A stretch of 61,349 bases of DNA, counting the filler, from Hausera hauseri (Eukaryota), in assembly GCA_046269625.1 (NCBI GenBank). It is 10 parts of 10 records of this genome, joined end to end, with 100 filler letters (N's around TTAATTAATTAA, not from the genome) between each part and the next. Parts side by side here need not be neighbours in the genome. Positions count along the whole stretch, not along the records: positions 52,670 to 56,737 come from JBJURY010782424.1; positions 56,838 to 61,349 come from JBJURY010547230.1; 8 more parts are not named here. One strand, 5' to 3'. A program made the translations under genes and the position numbers. Positions 52,835 to 61,349 of this stretch are shown piece by piece. Position 1 is the stretch's first letter; each line of letters starts with the position of its first letter. The notes beneath the pieces are model-generated. The model was given only the letters and a program-made list of their open reading frames with translations, was not told the DNA's origin and made no database searches.

Positions 52835-53663
52835 TTGAAAAAGCTTCAAAAACCAATGGAATGCCTTCCGGTCGTCTTCCGCCAAAAATAATGGCGGATA
52901 TCGGAACCCCTTTCGGGTCCTCCCATTTCGGATGGATAATTGGACACTGACTGGCCGGACAACAGAATCTCGAATTTGGATGAGCTGTTGGGCCCTTGGA
53001 CTTATCGCCAACTTTTACTTTCTCCCCCAGCCACGTCGTTACAACTGTATCCTATCAAGTACTAGTCCGCAATAATTATACACAAACAATTACTGGTGGA
53101 ACTTCGTTTTCCATACCTTCCCAAAAGTAACTACCATCTTCGGTTTCAGCAACATTGGTAAAAATACTATTTTTCTGGAAAGTATCCACAGCGTTCGGAT
53201 TTGTAATTCTGTTTGTCCCCGGCGCAACACCAAAAAAACCAGCTTCAGGATTAATACCGTAAAGCTCACCATTCTCATCAAATCTCATCCATGCAATATC
53301 ATCGCCAACGCACTGCACTTTCCAGCCTGGCAATGACGGCTCCAACATGGCCATATTCGTTTTACCACATGCACTTGGAAATGCTGCAGCTATGAACTTT
53401 TCTTCGCCTTGTGGATTTGTTACCGACATGATCTTAACTATCATATAACCATTTGGAACGAAGCGTGTATTTTACAAGCATATGTTCAGCCATCCATCCC
53501 TCATCAAAAGCAATTCTTCCGGCAATTCGAAGTGCAAAGCACTTTTTACCCAACAGAGAATTACCACCATACCCAGAACCATAACTTATAACCATTCTTT
53601 CATCTGGTAAATGTGAAATTAGAGTTTGTTCCGGATTGCAAGGCCAATGGTTTTTAACTTTAC
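52835..53663 (-). CDS. PCK: GTP-dependent PEPCK, three-exon internal fragment
   Basis: [54 protein letters not shown] and IFGGRRPEG; introns 53433-53475 (43 nt) and 53052-53093 (42 nt); homology ends after EAF. Confidence 0.93.
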
Positions 53664-53671
53664 CTTCAAAT

Positions 53672-54850
53672 GAAAGCAAATAAAATAAAACTACCTACAA
53701 AGTATGGTAAAGAGCTGTCAAATTAAATCCAGCGACTGCAGACGCAAGTGAGAGGTGATAAATTAAAGCAAAGTGTTTGAATGCGAGAGTGAGCAGGTAT
53801 GCAAGTACCAGCTACTGAGGGAGCCACCTCGAGCTGGGAAATAAAAGCCAAATGCGCAGCATGCTAGAGTGGGCTGGTGGATGAAGGCCAGCTGCTAAGG
53901 ATGTCAGTGAGACCTGAAAAGTAAAACCAGTTAGAGAGCAAAAGTAAAACCACCAACCAAGTACAGGAAAGAGCTGATAGATTGAATCCAGCTACTGAGG
54001 ATGAAAATATGAGCTATATATGTAAATCCAGCATCTGCAGATGAAAATGTAAGCTGATAAATTAAACCGTTTTTTTTTTTTTAAAGAGAGCGTGAGCAGG
54101 TATGAATGTCAGCTACTGAGGGTGACACCTTGAGCTGGGAAATAAAAGGCAAATGCTCTGCATGGATGAGTGGGCTGGTAGATGAAGGCTAGCTGCTAAG
54201 GATGCCAGTGAGACCTGAAAAGTAAAACCAGTTACAGAGAGCAAAATAAGTAAAACCACAAACCAAGTACGGGAAAGAACTGATAGATTAAATCCAACTA
54301 CTGAGGATGAAAATATGAGCTATATATGTAAATCCAGCTTCTGCAGATGAAAATGTGAGCTGATAAATTAAAACCAAGTTTTTTAAAGAGAGCGTGAGCA
54401 GGTATGCAAGTGTCAGCTACTGAGGGTGCCAGCTTGAGCTGGGAAATAAAAGGCGAATGCTCTGCATGGATGAGTGGGCTGGTAGATGAAGGCCAGCTGC
54501 TAAGGATGACAACAAGCTGATAAGCTGAACCGGCTACGGAGGATAGAAATGTGAGCAGATAAATTAGAACCACCTACCAAGTACCAGAAAGAGACGATAA
54601 ATTAAATCCAGCTACTGCAGAAGTAAATGTGAGCTGATAAATTAAAACCACGTACCAAGTCCATGAACGAGACCTGATGAATTATGATCATGAGTTCAAA
54701 TGAGAGCAGGTACACAAATGCTAGCTGCTGAGGGTGCCAGCTTAAACTGGGAAACAGGAGCTGACTGCTCTAAACACATGAGAGGGCTGGAGGATGAATG
54801 CCTCTGCTGAAGACACAAATGAGAGCTGGTAGATAAAAGGCTAGCTGCAA
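53672..54850. repeat. Tandem array, ~300-bp unit, about 4 copies, built from ~35-bp subrepeats
   Basis: GAGCAGGTA recurs at about 53791, 54094, 54396 and 54704; subunit GAGCTGATAAATTAAA.CCAGCTACTG. Confidence 0.88.
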
Positions 54851-55759
54851 AGAGGCATTAATAGCATGCCAGGGTTGGGAAAGGAAACTATATGCTGCCA
54901 TGGATGATGAGTTTAAGATCAGATTCCTAAAAACAGAAAACTTGTGAGACCAACCACCACCAGCGAGTTGAAGTGTAGGCTCCCATAGGAGTTGAAAAGT
55001 ATTTGGCATCTAGAACAGAGGAGAAACCCAGGTGAGTATGAGAAATAACTTGAGGCATGACGACTTTACGAGGAGACTGCGACAGATTGTACTGGTGAAT
55101 CTGTTCAGACTGAAGAATGAGCGTTTCGAGAGTAACTGCGCTTTTTTTTTTTTTTTTGAACCCTTTAAAAAAGGACAGCTGGCAGAAAAAACATTTTAAC
55201 TGCATTTCACAGTTAATTATGAACTTAAATGACAATACAATTATTAAATCACGTTACATCCAGGACTGCCAGTGAAAATTAGCAAAGATGCAAAATTTTG
55301 CTAATTAATGAAATATTCATTGAATCTGTATAACAGATGGAATGATCACATCTTGCAAAGGTAAAACTAACAGGACTGCTAAATCTTTTAAATGGCATGG
55401 ATCAGATGATTAGAAGTTATAGCATACAGTATGACACAGTTAATCTGCATCATAAAAGGAAAATTAACTGATGAAAGATTTTATTTATGAAACTGTTTTG
55501 CATTTTAAGAACATCATAATTGACCAGCTGAGGGGGGTGATGAATTAGGTAGGTAACTCTAATGAGGCTGACTTCAAGGTGCTTTTAAAAAAAACAATAT
55601 GATACAAAGCCATGCATTTATTTATGCACAGAGGCAGAGTTTGATGACAACTGAAAGTCAGTTTATGAGCATGGGAGACACACTGAGGCACTTTAAGGAT
55701 GAATATACTTGACTGAAAATTTTTGGAGTGCGGCCTGGATGGGAGAGGTGAGGGAGAGA

Positions 55760-56737
55760 AAAGATGCCAATGGAAGGCTTAGCAGATCAGCATGCACGAA
55801 TTGTAAATATGAGACGTGAGTAGGTACATCTTACCAAGGAGGGCCCCGACGGGCATTAGGTGAAGCCGATGAGCTGGAGAGTGAATGGTGCGTGAGTAAG
55901 CTGGAACAGACTGAGAGGCGGAGAAAACGCTCCTGCAGGTGGGCTGAATGCGAAGTAATGGAGTAATCTACTGGAGAATCCATGGAGGTGATTATCGATG
56001 AGCTGGAGGAGGAATGGTTGACCCGGACGCGGAAGTTGCCGCTGATGCAGCAGGTGCGGGGAGTGCGCCCCGTGCTGAACAGGTGAAGGTCCAGGTGGAC
56101 GGGAACAGGCGTTTTAGCGCAGCGAAGGAGGCAGGGGGTCTGCGGCTCTACTCGCAGTTGGAAGCAAAGATGAGGGAGGAGGGGACGGCAAGGAGACCCC
56201 GCGGATGAGCAGGAGAGCAGCGGGCGAGGCGACTGGGGACATCTGAAGTTTGCTCTGGAGGAATTCCCCTCCGGACTGAGAAGTAACCGAGGGGACGAAG
56301 AGTTTGAGCGCGTTATCAGGTGTGTGGATCGGCAAGCAGGAACTGGATGGACTGGGTTAATTGAAGAAAAGCTCGGCGATCATGAGATATTGTTCAACTT
56401 GAAATCTGATATTTTGAAAAGCGTGTAAACTTGACGTTCGGCTGGCGAGCGGCTGTGGCGAATGAAGAGGACGCTTTTATCCTCAGCCTGCTGGATGCTG
56501 ATTGGGTGAACGTGGCGTGAATGAGGCAGCTGGATTAGCCAGGTGAGAGTCATTAGTCTTCCAGAGTTGAATTTTCGTCACAAACTCCATTTCAACCTGG
56601 AAAGACTCACAGACAGAGTGAAATTAGAATGGTTTATTGGAAATATGAATAGGTTTGGCGCTCGGACCCCGGCCGATGAGTGCGCTGAGAGGCGGAAAGC
56701 TCTGATGGGCTTTTAGGTGAAGGGGTAGGAGTTTTAT
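55760..56737 (-). mobile_element. Possible LTR-element 5' region (LTR end, hairpin, GC-rich degenerate ORF)
   Basis: Minus strand: AATAAA then TTTGTGAC inside an imperfect inverted repeat 56555-56607, followed by GC-rich sequence; no diagnostic protein motif. Confidence 0.3.
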
Positions 56738-57215
56738 NNNNNNNNNNNNNNNNNNNNNNNNNNNNNNNNNNNNNNNNNNNNTTAATTAATTAANNNNNNN
56801 NNNNNNNNNNNNNNNNNNNNNNNNNNNNNNNNNNNNNTCGAGAATCTCTAAATTTTGATAGATACGAAAAAAATTAATTATGCCTATATATTTCATTTTC
56901 AATTTTTATTTATGCATAGTAATTATAAATATCACAACAATTATACAAAATTACATGTATCCATTACCATGTGATACTATGGAAGAATTATAATGAGCTA
57001 ATAAGTACCATTAGTCAATAGATATTATGTTCACATAATTACTTGTAAAATTATGCAGTAATAATTAAAACTGATTTGCCCTATTTGCATTTGTCATGCT
57101 TTAAGTGATATATAACCAATAAGCTAAAAAATATTTGTCTCTAATATAAATATCATGCTATTAATCCATAAGAACGGAATTATAATTTTTATCACAAAAA
57201 TTAAAGTCTCAAATT

Positions 57216-57928
57216 TTAATGGATTTGATATAAATCGTCTGAAGTGTACAAAATGTTTGGTGTTGCCACTGAATAGGGTTAATAGAGCAGCAAAACCGAA
57301 ATAAAATGAAACCTACAAGTGCAGTTGTTAGTGTCAAAATTGACATTTCCATTGTTATCGGATACTATCTGTCCGGTGACGTTGATCTCACAAATGGTCA
57401 TTGCCGTATTTGACGAGGCCTTTATCCCCAGTAAACGACCAACACATCCCGATTGAGATACGAAATTCAACTGATATGTGCTGTACCCTGCCGGTGTGTT
57501 TGTGGAGACTAGGGTAGCACAAACAGACCCACTGAACGTTGTCTCTGTGCAGACAGACCAATCGGACATGGGAATTACAGACGCATTTTGTAAACCGGAT
57601 GCTGCACAGTACGCAATCAATACACACATCAAATGACTCACCACTGTCCAATGATGATACAATTTTCAATGATGCAACATTTGCAGTTTGGCCAAGATCC
57701 AACACCATATACGGCTGTATGTTGGTTGTTGTGATGCACGTATTGATAGAACCATCCTTCACTGACGTGAGACTAGTCGAGTTAGTGTATGGAAGGTAGA
57801 CATTGAAATTCAAATCTGAAATACGAATATTGATTATGAACAGACAAATGAATAATACTCTGCGATTTGGCGAACTCGAATAATAAAATTGACGAGAAAA
57901 TGCAACAAATTTGAATTAAATGAAACAT
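57216..57928 (-). CDS. Secreted F-type lectin / F5-8C-like domain protein (4 exons)
   Basis: Exons 57928-57859, 57815-57642, 57601-57317 and 57268-57216 join in frame via 43, 40 and 48 nt GT-AG introns; signal peptide MFHLIQICCIFSSILLFEFAKSQ; VKDG..CITT..PYMVLDLG..MTICEINVTG. Confidence 0.75.
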
Positions 57929-58592
57929 CAGTATCTTTATTTGACCTGTGCCATTTTGAACTATTTTATATTCTTCATATTGATTGTTAAAATGGCAGCT
58001 GGTTGGCTGGGAGGAATTCTACTCTCGAATGATCATTATTCTACAGGAAGTCGTAATTCTATTTTGCTGGTGATTTTTGATCAATTATTGGTAATTAAGG
58101 GCAGATGGTTGTGGGGAATTATTGAATTCGTTGATTTTATGTGAGAACGAATTAATCATTAATTAATTATTTCACGATGTTGCTATGGTTTCACATGGTA
58201 TGACTACGACCTTACATCGGCCTTATCTTGATTGTCTAAATGACCTGACTGGAAGGGCATATCGATTAGTTGGATGCTTAACGTTTCAAGAACTGTGCAC
58301 AAAATGTCCATCATAAAGTATGGAATTTTTGTGCACCAATTTTGAAATTTGTATATTTGACTCATAATCCGATGGCAATGAAAATAAGAATAAGTCAGTT
58401 TGTGTGTGTGTGTGCGTGTGAGAGAGAGAGAAAAAAATTCACTAACAAATAAAATTTATTAACAAAATCACATAACGTATAGAAAGGCAGGTATCCAATA
58501 TACACAATAAGAAAGTCGACGTCCATCATTCAGATGTGTGTGTGTATGAGTCAATACCATCATCGACATCACCACATAACTACCAACGATCA

Positions 58593-59310
58593 TTAACGAT
58601 GAGTGATTGTATGCACTGGCTGAGTAGATCTCACGACCTAAACCAAAACAATGAATACCGACATAATGATCAATAATTTGATCACTCATGAATCATGTTA
58701 CCTTGGCAGTAAACAATCCATGGACTTCATCTGCCTTGTTACGTTTATGTCTACCATAGCAGTAGAGTCCAAGGAAAACAATGAGCATTACCGCAGATAA
58801 TCCAAGGAGAATACCCCCAATTATTTGCAATGTCGACATGGTGGATGAATCCAAATGAAGTGCTGAACCCGTAGCTACAATGATTATTCCTGCGATAAGA
58901 AGAACTGGAAATAAGGCAATGATTGTGATAGCAACTGTGCACATTACACGTGACGTCCATGCACCACACAAATATTTTGCAGGTCGCGGAGGAACTGGTG
59001 GCTCATATTGATAGGGTGGAGGAGCCTGTTCAAAAGATTGTCTTGCATTTTTGGGTAGGTTCCTCGGATCGAGTTGTTGATGAGGTATCTTGGGTCTGTA
59101 TGGTTTGGCGTGTATCGTGGTAGAACTTATGTATGACGTAATAATACAATACCATGATATGAAATTACCTAATTTCATACCCTGTGCAGTTATCATTAAT
59201 AGAATTATTATCCAATGATGACACATTGCCCGATAAAGATAAATTACTGCTGGTACCATATTTTCGATGTGGTATGTAATCTTTTTCATACTGTAATGTA
59301 CGTTTGGCAT
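58593..59310 (-). CDS. Two-TM membrane protein with PPPY motif
   Basis: Pro-rich PPPYQYEPPVPPRP then two long hydrophobic segments and a basic tail; GT-AG intron after TAK gives VVRSTQPVHTITHR*; 5' exon structure uncertain. Confidence 0.65.
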
Positions 59311-60089
59311 TTTGACGGCTCACTGCCATTGAGTCATCGATTGATTACAATGAGTAGATGTTTGTGTGTATCAGTTATTTGTTATTGTTTATTGCACCTA
59401 CGCTCCAATGGCATTTAGTTGTTTGTAAATGGTAACGTTATTTATCAATCACGTAAATACATTTAATGGCAATGTTGTGTCCGCGTACAGTTTTACGAGG
59501 AATTATTTTCTTATAAATAAATAAAATGTTAATGCGTTTCAGCAATTTTAATTGAAAGAGTTATAGATGTGAGAAAAATTGGAATTACCGGATTCATCCC
59601 TCACCACCATCAAAAATATTATTATGCAAAAATTATTCTTTTTAAGAAAATTGTCGAGAAAAAAGTTTGTATTTAAAACTAACTTTTTTCCATACTTTTT
59701 TGCAACTTTTTGAAAAAATAGAAGATTATCAATCCTACTTCATGGAATTTATCGGTGTCATCATTGGTGATACTCCTCAATGTATTTATGCTCACTGTCT
59801 TTGTACGGTTTCTCGAAAAAACAAAAATGATTAATCCTCTTTTTGTACGTTATCGGTTTTATCTTCTGTAATACACCGAAAAGGATTAATGTTCACCCTC
59901 TAATCAGTTGTTCAGACAGCAGTAATGGTCAGTAGAAATGTTAACTATAGACGAACAGAGAATTCACCATATGCCCAGCATGGACAAATGCCGATGATAT
60001 CAAAATAATTTGAAAGCTCCCAGTCAGCGAAAACAAATAATGATGTTATGCTCAACAAAATTTATTTAAAAACCCCCATCATAATACGT

Positions 60090-61069
60090 TTATAATTTTA
60101 TGGTTTATACAGGAAAGAATTTGGTTATTGACAAAGATTTTAGTAATCTTCCAATATCATCACAAGTTGTAATGATGTTGATGAAACCTTTACTGAATAA
60201 ACATTACTATTTGATTATGAATAATTCCTACAATTCACCTGAATTGGATTATATATTGATAAAACATAAAACGAATTTTTATGGGACATTACGTGAGATG
60301 AAGAACAAGAAATTGAAAACTGGAGAAATAATTGGTTTACAGAAAGGTAAAGTATGTATGACGAAGTGAAGAGATGAGAAAGACATATCCCTTATCTCAA
60401 CTAATCACACTACATTAATGGTAGAAACGAGAGAAGCGTAAAGGAAAAATAAAAAGACCGCGAGTTGTGTTTGATTCCAATCAAACCATGGGTGGTGTTG
60501 ATCGCATTGATCAACACCTGTCTTCTAACATTGCACCTAGAAAGGGAGGCAAAAACAATAAAAAAGATTTTCTTTCATTTCTGAGACCCTACACTGTGCA
60601 ACGCTTTCGTACTTTACCAAAAGTCCGGCGGAAAAATGAATTCACTTAATTTTCATCTCGAAGTAATGAAGCTCACTAATTGAAAAATGTAAAACAACAA
60701 ATATTGCAAGAAGTGGACGCCCATCACACATCCAAACACCATTAAGATTATCCACACGACATTTTCCTTCACTTATACCACCAACAGGGGGGAAGGAAAA
60801 TCTAACTCGCCAGTGGTTTCTCTGCTCAATAAAGAGAAATGAACAAAATAAAAGGATTCGCAAAGAAACGCGATATACGTGTGTAGACTGTGACGTTTCT
60901 CCTTGTATAGTTTCATGTTTTAAAATTTATCACATAGCGATAAATGTTAACTAACGCATTTTTCTATTTCTCTTTTGCAATTATGATTAATATTCTATTG
61001 TGTATAAACTAAATATAGAATAAAAAATTGGTGGAAAAAGACCGTTTTATTGGTGCGTTAAGGGATTAA
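60090..61069 (+). mobile_element. piggyBac (PGBD4-like) 3' half, decayed
   Basis: VYTGK, LIMNNSYNS (DNFY remnant), GTLR, NQTMGGVDRIDQ and Cys-rich RKETRYTCVDCDVSPCIVSCFKIYH; ends AGGGA+TTAA (61066-69). Confidence 0.9.
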
Positions 61070-61349
61070 TAAACCATGCCAAACATTTTTAAATTGTTCC
61101 AAAAGAAATTTCGTTAATGAAAAGGCTGTGTAAACATTTACACAATAAATCTCCAGAATTTGCCTCTGGACTACGTAATTTAAATAAGAATTATTGTCGT
61201 ACTCATAACGAATTTTGGGAACATGTTTTAAGTGACTTTACAAATAGGAAAAGGATTTATATTAAGGGATAAGTTTGACTGTAATGTACAGTGTGTTGGA
61301 CATCACTATTACAATAAAATTCCATTACAAATAAAAATGCAGTATATTA

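Noticed and set aside
53672-54850. CRISPR-like array from ~35-bp subrepeats
   Set aside because: Whole units repeat with no unique spacers, no cas genes, eukaryotic context.
7712-56837. Recurrent TTAATTAATTAA within N runs as a biological repeat
   Set aside because: Identical 100-nt format nine times; an artificial all-frame-stop linker, so cross-contig synteny is meaningless.

Overview
Not a natural locus. The window is ten eukaryotic contigs joined by an artificial 100-nt spacer (44 N + TTAATTAATTAA + 44 N) at 7712-7811, 11785-11884, 16887-16986, 28550-28649, 35358-35457, 41457-41556, 45546-45645, 52570-52669 and 56738-56837, so nothing can be inferred across spacers. The DNA is AT-rich and animal-like with very short (about 40-48 nt) GT-AG introns, compatible with a compact-intron parasite such as a dicyemid or orthonectid (inference). 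It is dense in decayed transposons: Tc1/Tc3 DD34E, maT DD37D, mariner, piggyBac, a hAT end, Ty3/gypsy including CsRn1-like pieces, a LINE with RNase H, and Polinton/Maverick pPolB and integrase. Apparently intact genes are an SLC16-type MFS transporter, a secreted F-type-lectin-like protein and a 2-TM PPxY protein. Two features stand out. (1) A gypsy gag is preceded in frame by a divergent ubiquitin-like domain ending in FRIRGG, a candidate DUB-cleaved UBL-Gag leader. (2) Truncated, often dead fragments of housekeeping genes recur (MOCS3/UBA4, TUBD1, RPB1, OGA, ABCB1, PEPCK), fused to each other or to repeats, including an inverted-repeat cassette and an in-frame OGA-ABCB1 chimera. All family calls are from motif recognition by eye; no searches were run.
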